Shown here one piece after another: positions 21,894 through 32,349 of a stretch of DNA of 32,349 bases (its first letter is position 1; each line of letters starts with the position of its first letter). The DNA lies in assembly GCA_021432655.1 (NCBI GenBank), contig MU271303.1, positions 62,001-94,349 of the forward strand, given 5' to 3'. Origin of the DNA: Atractiella rhizophila (lineage: Eukaryota). The position numbers and the translations under genes are program-made. The notes under the pieces are model-generated. The model was not told the origin of the DNA. It was given only the letters and a program-made list of their open reading frames with translations, and searched no databases.

Positions 21894-23771
21894 TCACCAC
21901 CTTCGCAGTCTTCGAACAGCAGGTCGCGTTCGACTCCAGTTGACCGTGGCAGCGGAATTGTATTCTCCCTTCAGAAAGTCTGCATCGTTCTCGAAATCCT
22001 TTCGAAATGCGCTAAGTTCTTCGCCTGCGATTTTGAGTTCCTCCACATCCTTCTGAAAGATGCTTCTGATGTGTGAGGAACCCGCATCTTCAGCTTTGGC
22101 ACATAGTGCCATCTCATAAACCGTCTGGTTGACATACATGTCAAGTGCATAAGTTAATGACCACAATCGATCTTGGTTTTGGCGAAGATCTGTCGACCAT
22201 TTCTCCATCGTTTCCTTCGCTAATTCGTCCTGTGGAAGGCCGGTTGTAGCAAACGAAACGGGCAAGACACGATCATTAAAATAAGCGGAATAACCAGTTG
22301 GTTGGAGTAACCCTATTGGAAATCAGTCAATGTGCTCTTCCATGGCAAGAGCATACATACAAAGCTGATACCATTTCAGTTTGATCCAATCCACGATTGC
22401 AGCCAACCCGACAGCACTGCTTTCGGTGCGTTCTAATTGACAAGTGATAGAATGTGCCAAGAGCCCACTTGCTGCTCGGACAAAGGCTGCAGTGGAGTGT
22501 AACACCGTAGAAGTTCGCGCAAAAGAATAATGTAGCTTGGAAATAGACTCCCTGGCAGGACCTTCCGTCAAATTCTCCCTCAGCAAGAGATTTTCGAACA
22601 CTGTGAGGAAGTTCTGCAAGAAAGCCTCGTAGTCGTAAAGCCTTAGAAGCAAAGCAAATCGCAAGTCTTCTTGTAACAGTCGAACTTCTTGAGGTGAAAC
22701 AATCCATCGAGATTCAATAATAGCGTTGACCCATTTGAAAGAGCGAACAAGGAACTTAAGGTCCTGGTTGCATCGAAATAAAATACTGGAGAGGGTCATG
22801 GCATGAAGAGCGGCGCCTGAAGGTAGCGGTCCAGGTGGTCGCGGCGGATCTTCCACCTAGCGAGGATATCAGATTGCATGCACCATAAATTGAGGAGAAG
22901 ACTTGCTTGCACCTGTCCATCTCTGTTGCGTCCCTCGTGAGACGCCAACAAGGTGTGATGAGATGAGGACTGGTACCGAAACTGTGTCGCAGGTTGAAGG
23001 AAATCAACGGAAAGTTTCATAGCACGCGTGTTCAAAAGGCTATCTGGGACAACCTCAGCGTAGACATCGCTGCAATCCATCCACGACGGAGTTAAAACAA
23101 GAATTAAAGATCGTTGGAGTCGCAATGTTCCAGCTAGGAGATTTTGAAGTTCGGTTTCGACCCCCTTCCAAAAGTCGACGAGACCTTCTGAACACGACTT
23201 GATGACTAGGAAGTGTTGACTAAGATTCTCGCTGAAGGAGTCTAAACTGAGTATCAGTGTTGGGAGAAAGAAAATGAAGATGTCTACACTCACCAAACTC
23301 CCGTCTTTTGCTTAACAGCGCAAGTCGACGCCAGAACCAAAGATATGATGCAACATTTATGGGACGAAGGTGATCATGACAGTTACGGAGCAGCTCAGTC
23401 TGCAAGCTCGACAACTTTCTTGCGAAGCTCAATTGAGAATCGGTCGCATCAATCAATCCGCGAAGTTGAAACAGAACCGATTTCATCCACATACGCTGTG
23501 ATTCACTACCCCAATCACTGTGACCTTCCCAATCAGCGAAACTCGCTGCAAGTCCTTCACCATCGGAGCGTACGTCTCGCCAAGTCTCAAGACACAGGTC
23601 GAAAAGAGTCAGAATCTCGTGTATTTGAACGCAAGTTGAAAATGGAGTGACCAAATAAAATGACTTCCAGGCGTCGTCCCATCCTTTTAAATTTGATTGG
23701 ATGGATGAAAAACTCGTCCCTAAACGCTTGACCAACTCGACGTGATTATGAATGGATTCAAGGTTAGACAT
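21894..23771 (-). CDS. Uncharacterised ~573-aa, predicted all-alpha-helical two-domain protein, 4 exons
   Basis: Four ORF-track pieces join in frame through canonical introns 23242-23293, 22857-22912 and 22313-22360 (exons total 1722 nt); Pro-rich linker EDPPRPPGPLP between two amphipathic helical regions. Confidence 0.75.
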
Positions 23772-24284
23772 CGATGAAAACTGAAAGAAGATGGGAAACA
23801 GATAATGGAACCGCGAATTGTTGGCAGAACGAACAAGCGCTGAGTTGAAATTTACAAATAACTGCAACGCGAGACACTGGCGGGAATGAGTGATACGAAT
23901 TGTCGAGTAGAGAAAGAGCTGAGCGGCCAGAGCGGACTAACTTCTACAACGGGACAAAGGGAAAAAGGGTTAAAGAGATTGGCAGCGTAACCCTAACTCT
24001 ATCTTTGTCTGACAATCAGACTGGCTCCGTTGATTTTTGACCAGAAAATTGATATAGATTATAGTTATTTTCCCAAATCCATGGCACATTGATCGGCTAT
24101 CCATAAAGTTAACCTTAGTTCAGCTGGCAGTCGAAAGCAAGGTGTCAATGGCAAACATGGAAATTAATGAAACTTACCCCATTCCCTTATAGACGGTCGA
24201 GGACATCAGTCTCATTGACCGTAATTTTCAGTAACCCCTTCAGAAGTATCCATTCGGGCTACCTCTTGCCCGCTATTTTCACCA

Positions 24285-25598
24285 ATGGACGTTACTTCAA
24301 GCCAGACAGAAAGTCGCAAGTTCGTCAACATGTTAAAATCGCTCAGAAACCAGGAATCTCTGGATTATGCTCCCTTGTGGCCTGGAATGAGGGCGATATT
24401 ATCATGGGGAGAGCAAAAGTGATGGTCCTCATCAATGTTCATGTCACATTACTGAACTGAGGAACAGCGGCATGATTCCAAAAGCTTCCACAGTTCTTGC
24501 AAGATTACAGGCTACTTTTGACAATATCTGCACCAACTTCTTCTCAATTCTGAAAAATATCTTCTTAGCAGTTGCCGTTTCAATACGGTTGTTCCAACGT
24601 CTACAGGAGGAAATTTCTTCAAATCAAAGCGTTATTTCCGATGCCAAATGTGCTTCCCACTTCGCAGTCCAGCAGAATCAGTTATTTCTAAAAAGTGTTT
24701 CGGCGGATATTCATAGTTTGTGTGACAACCTGGATTCCGTGAGCTCAACATTGTTCTTATTCGGATGATGGCCTAACATGATTGACATCACAGCTGAATC
24801 AAGAATTCAAGTCGCTACATGATCGAAGTGACCGTCACTTTCCTTTCCCTGTGAGTATCAACAATACTTCTCATGAAAGATGATGATGGGTCGGTTTTAG
24901 AACAACTTGCTGAGAAAATTCAATCGTTTATTCTCCGGGTCTGGCGAAGAAGCAGGTAAGAACTTATTGAATATACTCTTCGCGTTTCCTATGAACGTTA
25001 ATGTATGATCACCTAGAGATTGTTGAACTGGACATTGCCACATTTCAGATTCAGTTCAAAGACCTAGGCCAGATGACGTCACAGCTTTCTTCCCCTCTCA
25101 AACAATGGATGGATCAGTTCGCATTCTTAAACTCTATCCTCAGAGCAGTGAGCCAACAAGCCAGCATCTTTCAGGTCGGCGGTGTCACCAAGGAACGGTT
25201 TGATGTTGGATGGTACCGGAATTGCCTGGGCCTGTGGGAACAGGTCTACAGTCGCCTTGACATGGATTTGTTCAAAGTATGTCTGTGATTTTCACATTGC
25301 TGGGAACTGCAACTTTGCCCGAATAGACCTAGGCAATACAATACGAATTATTGCATGACATGTATGGTGACCCAGGATCTTCTTTGTTTAGGGTATTTAG
25401 GCAACGTACGTAAAGAACTTCGTTGAGAATAGGTCGTTCATATTGTTCATATTTCCCACAGTCCGTGAAGACTCCGACCGACAGGGTGACCCACGGACTG
25501 TTGAATTCTTACACCTCCTGTGGGAAAAAGGTGCCAAGGAATGTGATGAGAAGATCAAGGAGCAAGGAGCGTTTTCACCAAGAAAAAATGGAGCTTGA
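24285..25598 (+). CDS. Uncharacterised helical protein, 7 exons; possibly the frameshifted N-terminal half of a fusion with the downstream patatin
   Basis: In-frame splicing through introns 24419-24467, 24739-24793, 24851-24900, 24956-25016, 25277-25332 (or 25326, which gives a TAG) and 25406-25461; LWEQVYSRLDM resembles LWSLTYALDM of the minus-strand helical protein. Confidence 0.6.
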
Positions 25599-26880
25599 GG
25601 CCGAATTTCGTAACTCGTACCGAAGCTATCGACAGATCAAGAAATGGGATGTGAATGAGCGAAGAGTCGATCTGCCTATCCCAAAGAAACAATTGGGTGA
25701 CTTCAGTTTCAAGACGTTTATGACCTCTTATCTTGCCGCAAATTCACAGTTTTTGTTCCACATCGACTTACCTTTGATAACGCCACAAAATACCCCAATC
25801 AAGGATTCCTTCGAGACTGAAGCAGTGCTCACTGCGGCCCAGCTAAGTTCGCTAAAGCTTGTAACCTCAGATTCATCTTCGACTCTTTCGCGGATACGCA
25901 TTTTGTCACTAGACGGGGGTGGAACCTGGGCCTTCGCGGAATTATTCTTTTTGCGAAAAATTCTGCAGGAACTCTGGTACGGGCTTTCGACGGACGAGCG
26001 AGCAAAATACGGGTCTCCTGAAAATATTCAACCATACAAATTCTTTGATCTGATTGTCGGTTCCTCGACTGGCGGCCTCCTAGCGTTGATGCTGGGTTCA
26101 CTCAAGATGTCCTTGAAAGAGACAATGGACGCTTTCGAGGACCTTTGCAAGAAGCTTTTCAATGCAGAGAAAGAGGGGGTTGTCACGGTTTCTTCCTCCA
26201 GCTCTGCCTTCGAAGATGCGTTCAAGAAGCTGATTCGCGACAGTGGTGCCGACGAGGAGGAACTTTTTTCTCCTGTCAGGGCCGAGTGCAGAGTAGTCGT
26301 CACCGCAGCTTATACCGCTTCCATAAACAAGTTAAAGCTGTTTCGCTCTTATGCACAGTTTGACTCGGACAAAGTAAAACTTTGGGAAGCTGCTCGTGCC
26401 ACAACTGCTCACCCAAACCTCTTCCTCCCAATCAAGATTGACGGTGCCAACTTTGTGGATGTCAGCGGTTCCGGAGACCTAAATCCTACCATGGCCGCAG
26501 TTTCTGAAGCGCATTCGATTTGGGGTCAGGACGTTCAATTTGGATGTGTTATTTCTCTGGGGACAGGTGAAAGACCTCCGATGGAGCAAAAGCAAAATAT
26601 GTCCCCGCACGATCTTTTTGCAGTCATAGGCGACACAGGCCAGCATGGATCTCGAGAAGTGGAAAGGGCGCACATCCGCTTCTGCGATAAAGATGTCTAC
26701 TTTCGCTTTGAGGCCAAGCGTCCAACCTACACTCATGTTTCTCAAGACTTTCATTTCAAGCATTTAACCGCCGCCGCCGGTTTAGCGCAAGCCGAATTGG
26801 GCAGATATCAGCGCAACAAGGAACTCGTACGAGCAGCTCAATGTTTATGCACTCCCACTCAGTCTGGCGTAGAATTGTGA
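25588..26880 (+). CDS. Patatin-like phospholipase domain protein (open frame; start uncertain)
   Basis: ILSLDGGG, FDLIVGSSTGGLLALMLG (GxSxG), CRVVVTA, LFRSY, LWEAARATTAHP, NPT, ISLGTG, YFRF. Confidence 0.9.
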   Translation: MELEAEFRNSYRSYRQIKKWDVNERRVDLPIPKKQLGDFSFKTFMTSYLAANSQFLFHIDLPLITPQNTPIKDSFETEAVLTAAQLSSLKLVTSDSSSTLSRIRILSLDGGGTWAFAELFFLRKILQELWYGLSTDERAKYGSPENIQPYKFFDLIVGSSTGGLLALMLGSLKMSLKETMDAFEDLCKKLFNAEKEGVVTVSSSSSAFEDAFKKLIRDSGADEEELFSPVRAECRVVVTAAYTASINKLKLFRSYAQFDSDKVKLWEAARATTAHPNLFLPIKIDGANFVDVSGSGDLNPTMAAVSEAHSIWGQDVQFGCVISLGTGERPPMEQKQNMSPHDLFAVIGDTGQHGSREVERAHIRFCDKDVYFRFEAKRPTYTHVSQDFHFKHLTAAAGLAQAELGRYQRNKELVRAAQCLCTPTQSGVEL

Positions 26881-27212
26881 TTCAATTCCTGACCATCGTA
26901 CCAAGTATGTGTCGTCTCCAGAAGTTCTTACTGTAGTTCCTGTTCGAAGTGTTCAGATTTTGTTGCAATGCATTTCCGCTTTGTACAACAATTCCGAAGA
27001 TCCTCACTTCTGATGAGTACAACGGGTTACATATGTATGTGTCCATCACCGTTGCAACAGTGACTACCAGCTCTGACAGAAAGAAATTCAATATTACAAC
27101 AGAACTTTTGGGTAGATTCCCGTCCAATGCACCCCTTACCCAGAAGCAGAACCATACAATACCCCTTTCTATTTCAAGGGTGATCCAAAAAATCGAAAGC
27201 TTGAAGGATGTC

Positions 27213-29068
27213 TCACGTGAATCCAATGTTAATCATATCCTTCGAAAATAGAGGTCGGGACCATGACAACCCAGCGATAGTCTCAACGTCGGTCCTCCAT
27301 CTCTTCCAGACTGCCTGTTCCATGCTGAATCCGAAAGAGGATTCATGGTCCTGCTTGGACAAGAGCTCACCGTACTTCGAGGCAACATGAACGTACGCAA
27401 GGTTTGGCAAACGTGCTCTATTACCTTCCAGCACTGAAAGAAATCTTTCGAGAACGTTAAGGTCTAACTCGCGAACGAATAGGTATCGAATGGTCGATGC
27501 GAGGCGCTTTAACTCGTTCTCCGGGAAAGCCTTCTCGATCGTAAGAGAGACAAGACCGGTGCAGTGAGAAATGGCTTCTCGAACTTGAGCTGCGCCGGTA
27601 AGGGTTCGAATGGAAAGGTTCCTCAGGCTCGATTTGGCGCGGAGAATCAGGTTGTACCCCTCGTTGAGACTGTAGAATTGCCGTTCGCGCCAGGTTGGTT
27701 CAGTTGCGTGGATTTCCAGACTGCGTAAGCAATTTTCTTCGATAGAGTTGCTGAAGGCAGTCGTGATCACTCCACAGTCCGTTAGTGATAAGTGCTGTAG
27801 TCGAAGCTTCCACGGCACCTCTTGAAAGTCTTCAAGGGAAATGAGAGATAGGTCTAGAACAACTAGATGGAGTGAAGCGCCGACGTTGGGTATCAACGGA
27901 GCGAAACCGACTGCATGAGAACTGAAATTCGAAACGGATAAGTGTACAAGCTTCGGTAAAGGAGGCAAATGGCCCATGGAAATGTGCTCGAATCTAAGAA
28001 ATTCCAATTGCTTCGAGCAGGCGGCAATAAACTCGTATGCCTGCGCATTAGGCTGCAGCAGTATTGCAGGGAGGGAGAGATGTCGAGTAAGCAATTTTCT
28101 TCGATAGAGTTGCTGAAGGCAGTCGTGATCACTCCACAGTCCGTGAGTGATAAGTGCTGAAGTCGAAGCTTCCATGGCACCTCTTGAAAGTCTTCAAGGG
28201 AAATGAGAGATAAGTCTAGAACGACTAGATCGACGGAAGCGCCGACGTTGGGTATCAATGGAGCGAAACCGACTGCATGGGAACTGAAATTCGAAACGGA
28301 TAAGTGTACAAGTTTCGGTAAAGGAGGTAAATGGCCCATGGAAATGTGCTCAAATCTAAGAAATTCCAATTGCTTCGAGCAGGCGGCAATAAACTCGTAT
28401 GCCTGCGCATTAGGCTGCAGCAGTATTGCAGGGAGGGAGAGATGTCGAAGGCTACTGATACTCCGCTCAAAAAAATAACTGAGGTGCTGAGGGATTTCGC
28501 CGCCTGTGTCGCCATAAATGCCTATTTCGCATGTGATGTCGAGACTGATAAGGCTTGATGATAGCTGGTGCGAGTTGGGAATCCAGACGGACTCGAAGTT
28601 CAGGGACAGATGTCGCAGGCCAACCAGGGTTGACAGCACGCCGATGGCGTAATTCGTTCCATCGGTTTGGAGGATATTGAGCGTTAGAGCGACAAGGCCA
28701 TTAGCAAGAGGCTGAGGGAAAGAAAACGTGCTCCAGAACTGCCGGTCGTCTTCGTTTTCGGTATCGCAGTCAATATCTAACGCCTTGAGGTTCGGTGACA
28801 TTCTGAGTACTTCGGAGGAATGCTCGATTTTGCATCTCCAATCCACGAGCAAATTTCGAAGTTGAAGACATATTCTTGGGCGCTGTTTGAAGAACGAAGC
28901 TGATTTCGACGTCAACGCGATGCGTCGTCGGAAGAGGACGTCGGACAATGCTTCATGGAAAATGCGAGAAACAGTTCGAAGGGAAGCAAGGTACGAATTT
29001 GAGATGTCTTGATCAAGGCAGAGCTGTGTTAGAATGTCGATGAGGAGCTCCGGAGGAAGATAGTTCAT
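27213..29068 (-). pseudogene. F-box/leucine-rich-repeat protein gene frameshifted by an internal 362-bp duplication (497 aa if one unit is removed)
   Basis: N-terminal F-box MNYLPPELLIDIL..LRTVSRIF; repeated LxxLxL motifs (NLKALDI, GLRHLSL, SLRHLSL, KLVHLSV, SLRNLSI, NLAYVHV); 1856-362=1494 nt, in frame. Confidence 0.8.
27725..28448. repeat. Tandem duplication, 2 x 362 bp (27725-28086, 28087-28448)
   Basis: Direct alignment gives 13 substitutions and no indels. Confidence 0.95.
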
Positions 29069-29491
29069 AGTCACCTGGAAGGAAACAGCAGATCTATCAG
29101 TTCGACGTTCAACGATGGGATCGGCAGTCTTTGAAGGTTCCACACAATGAATTGTAATTTTCGCACTGTTATATTTATGACAGACCCATTCGCCAGCTGC
29201 ATGTGTCGCTCATATTGCCGCTTTGTTGTGCAGGCTATGTCTAATCTTCGTGAAGAACTTGATTGATGCGCCTGAACACTGCGAACTCACGTTGTTTCCC
29301 ATCTCTAACAATAACTTTCATGCATCTCCAATGCTGTCGTGGAAAGATCAAAGGGGCAGGCCTCCTGGTCGTACATGTCATCGGAGAGCAGACGCCGACC
29401 TATTAGCGATCCTCCTTGTTTTTACGCAGCACAAGCTTAGTTCCAATTGCAACGCCAGTGTAACGGCTACAAAGCACAATCTCACAACAGG

Positions 29492-29851
29492 ATGGAAGAG
29501 AAGAGTACCATCACCAAAGAGCCCAACCACCTCTCCCTTCTACGCAATTTTCTCCTCACTTCAACAGTCGTGTCCTCATCCATTCCGTCCGCCCAATTCT
29601 CCCCCGAAACGTTGATAAGCCTACGAGCGCAGAGAAGGGAGGTCCGACGTCAAGTTGAGGAAGAGTTGGAGGAGTGGGCTGCAGAAAGACGACTGACTGG
29701 CGTAGAGCTGAGGTTGGTCGAGGATGAGAAAGTGGAAGCATGTTTAGAGAAGGAAGGGAAGCTTTTGAAGCGAGACTTGGTGGAGCTAGAAGAGCGGGTC
29801 GAAGAACTTCGTCAACAGTTAGAGAGGCCCGTTTTTCATTCCTCAGGATGA
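29492..29851 (+). CDS. Small coiled-coil protein, possibly Cnl2/Nkp2-like kinetochore subunit
   Basis: 119-aa ORF; SLLRNFLL..SIPSAQF..LRAQRREVRRQVEEE recalls the Nkp2 N-terminus; C-terminal heptads. Family call is from memory. Confidence 0.45.
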   Translation: MEEKSTITKEPNHLSLLRNFLLTSTVVSSSIPSAQFSPETLISLRAQRREVRRQVEEELEEWAAERRLTGVELRLVEDEKVEACLEKEGKLLKRDLVELEERVEELRQQLERPVFHSSG

Positions 29852-30316
29852 AACTAGAGCTCATGAAGACACAGTGTCAAAGCATCCCTTGCCAGTGATC
29901 ACTAAGAGCAGCGTGTTAGGGTAATGTGCAACAGTTTGCCGTTATCTATTGTATTTAGCACAATCCATTGCGTTCTGCAAAGAAAGTGTCAGATTCGGCC
30001 TTGTTGTACTTCTGAAGAAAAGACCGGAAATTGCTGTCTCGGGTTGGGATTGTCGCTAACGACACGTTCAGATAACTTGAGGGGATACAAAATTGAAGAG
30101 TGCGATACAACATAAGCCGTCCTAATCATTTTCAGCACACTCCAACGCAAACACTTGAAACGGTATCTATGAACCAGGAATGTGGGCCGCAGCATTCACA
30201 TGGTTTACAAAGCCAAAATAATGGCATAGAAACATTTCGGGCCGAATTAGCCAGCAAAAAACCGACTTTGGTGACGTCGACTCGCTCCGATTTTGTTCCA
30301 CCAACATTGTCTGAGC

Positions 30317-31354
30317 ATGTCCCTCTTCGCACGCACCCCCTCCGCCCTCCGCCAGGCGCCCCTCCGTCTCGCCGTGCGGCCATCCACTGCCGCTCTCCGC
30401 GTGCGCCACTATGCAGCTCCGAGCAGCGAGCCGTCTATCCACACCCAGCTGCACGAGAAGTACGACTCGCTGACGCCAGCCTCTGAAATTTTGAAGGCGG
30501 CGAAGGGATGGTCCAAGTCGCCGGCTATGGATAGGCTCATTAAGGATTTGGAGGCCATTCCGGACTCTGAGAGGGCTCATTCGAAGGACGCGATGAGGCT
30601 GCTGCAGGAGATAGTGGAGCTTCATAATAAGGATGGAGAGCCGAGAGCGGATAGAATTGGACATATTGGCGAGACGTTCAAGAGAGGAGACTTGAGTGCG
30701 CATTTTTTTTCTTCGGAAAGGGATGAAATAGTGCTGAGTATGACGACATAGTCTGGCTCATCGGCGCTCTCGCCGTGTTCGTACCAACAGCTGGTGCGTC
30801 TGCCTCTCTTCCTTCCGCTTCTCTTATTCAGTGTTCTTGTAATTAGGTTACCTCCTAAGCGCTCCGTCTGGCGCCCAACACCACCCCTCCGGCGTCGCCG
30901 AGTCCGAGAAAACCTTAGGGGACGTCCCAGAGCCAACGACTGACGTCGAGAAGGCTGCTGCACACGACGGCGAGGTGGAGGCGGCGGCGGGTAGGGGAGA
31001 ACTGAAGAAGGGGACTGTAAGTGTTTCGTAACCTCGGACTGTCTAGTCTACGAATGTTGACATATTTCGTTTGGTTACAGGAGGACGAGAAAGATACTCC
31101 TCCTCCGACCAGCGGAGAGAAGAAGGATACGCCTAAAATGGAGGAGAAGTCGCTGGCGAAGCAGAACGACGAAGGACATTCCACTCCGAATACCAAGGAA
31201 GAGTCTAAGCAGCCTGGGTTTGTCTTTTATCTTCCTTTTTGTATTGCATCGACTGAAACGGATTTGTGTGGGCAGCGAGACGCAGCCTAAAGAACAGCTG
31301 AGGGAAAAGGAAGCGGAGAGGAAGGACAAAATCGCAGACAACAAGTCCAAGTAG
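30317..31354 (+). CDS. Uncharacterised, probably mitochondrial single-pass membrane protein, 5 exons
   Basis: Arg-rich, acid-free presequence ending RVRHYA; spliced hydrophobic segment DLIWLIGALAVFVPTAGYLL; charged low-complexity tail ending in TAG at 31352-31354. Confidence 0.7.
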
Positions 31355-31620
31355 CCATCCTTCGAAAAGGACACTTAAAATATCTCTGACGAGTCGGCTA
31401 TAAAGCTGTCTGGACCAATGATGAATCAAAATACATTGTTTCACATGCTTTATATCAACAGATTGTCTCCCGCCTCCATTCCTCCAGATAGTACATGAAG
31501 AACCAAACTATCTAATCCTCTCAGATCCGCAACCTATCTCTAGAAATACAGCGAACGTCAGAGACAACATGCTACAAGTCCGTCTACACCATTCACCATT
31601 TCCCACAAGGTTAAAAACGA

Positions 31621-32349
31621 TCACTCCAACAACTCTCTCAACGCCTCATCAAACGGAGGCAGCTTGGACTTCAAGCTGTCCCTCCTACCACTCTCACTCT
31701 TCACGATAGGCTCCGGAGCGGAGCCTGCTCGACGACGTAGAGTTTGGGAGGTAGACATAGGGGAGGTACCGACGTCCTTCTCTTCGCCTCTCCGTCGGTC
31801 GTACGTCTCGATGATGGAGCGGAAAGTGAGGAAGAGGACTTCGGCGCGTGCGAGGAGGGGTTCGGGATCCATGGTCATTGCAAGCTCGTTGCAATACTGC
31901 CCAAGCGAAGCACAAAGCATCAGCTCAGCCCTTGAACGCCACGCCGAAAGAAAAAAAAAAAGAGCGCACCTTGAGAATCTCGTCGAATTCGGTCAGATAG
32001 CGCATGATCACGTCCCTCTGACTCTCAATGATCGCGAGCGCAAAGAAGATGTGAAACTGTTTGGAATAATGGTCCGTCCAACACACCTCCCAGATCCTCT
32101 GCACCTGTAACCATTCGAACTCCCTCTTGAAGAGGCAGAGCATCCACCGGAAGACGAAGAAGAGGTTGAGGGCACCGACGCGCTCCAGGAATCGGTAAAG
32201 TTGCGGATCCATCAGAGCGATGAGCGATTGGAGGAGCGTGAGCTGCTTCTTCATCCCACTTTGATCGCGGAGGAAGTTGGGCTTCGCTCGCTGCATGAGA
32301 CCGACGAAACACCAGAAAGCGAGGGCTTCATCTCCTTCTACCACTACGT
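31621..32349 (-). CDS. GYP7: TBC-domain Rab GTPase-activating protein (Gyp7/TBC1D15-like), 3' part
   Basis: AFWCFVGLM..NFLRDQSGMKKQL..DPQLY..LFFVFRWMLCLFKREF..FDEILK, intron, YCNEL..LARAEVLF; the gene runs off the window end. Confidence 0.9.

Larger units (their letters stand above)
15238..22105. repeat. Tandem segmental duplication: unit A = about 9843-9952 + 15238-18575, unit B = 18576-22105
   Basis: SDR halves visibly diverged with indels; 16715-18575 vs 20258-22105 differ by only about five substitutions and one 13-bp indel. Confidence 0.95.

Noticed and set aside
25423..25587. N-terminal extension of the 485-aa ORF (MRIGRSY..)
   Set aside because: It starts at TTG inside a canonical intron (25406-25461) and is probably an off-frame reading of the exon.
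26882..27251. Overlapping ORFs of 114 and 100 aa
   Set aside because: No motif; possibly a decayed tail of another F-box/LRR gene, but this cannot be supported.

Overview
Fungal genomic DNA, most likely a basidiomycete (short ~50-bp GT-AG introns, a Gyp7-type TBC gene, fungal TE families). 1-15.2 kb is a nest of decayed mobile elements: Ty3/gypsy gag and pol remnants, a CACTA/EnSpm-like transposase remnant, a 5'-truncated tyrosine-recombinase (DIRS/Ngaro-type) retrotransposon, and a precisely delimited 5.3-kb Helitron (9953-15237). The Helitron RepHel has lost its HUH motif, and its 3' end carries a strand-biased cluster of GNA-triloop mini-hairpins. 15.2-22.1 kb is a tandem duplication (CsgA-like SDR plus patatin pseudogene) with a sharp diverged/near-identical boundary. 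20.3-26.9 kb is a head-to-head pair of modules, each an unknown all-helical protein gene followed by a patatin-like phospholipase. This is the most plausible undescribed system here, possibly a fungal cell-death, defence or toxin cluster, although that role is inference only. The rest holds an F-box/LRR gene broken by a 362-bp allele-like duplication and three ordinary genes (Nkp2-like, a mitochondrial membrane protein, the 3' part of GYP7). All gene models were spliced by eye; no database searches were run.
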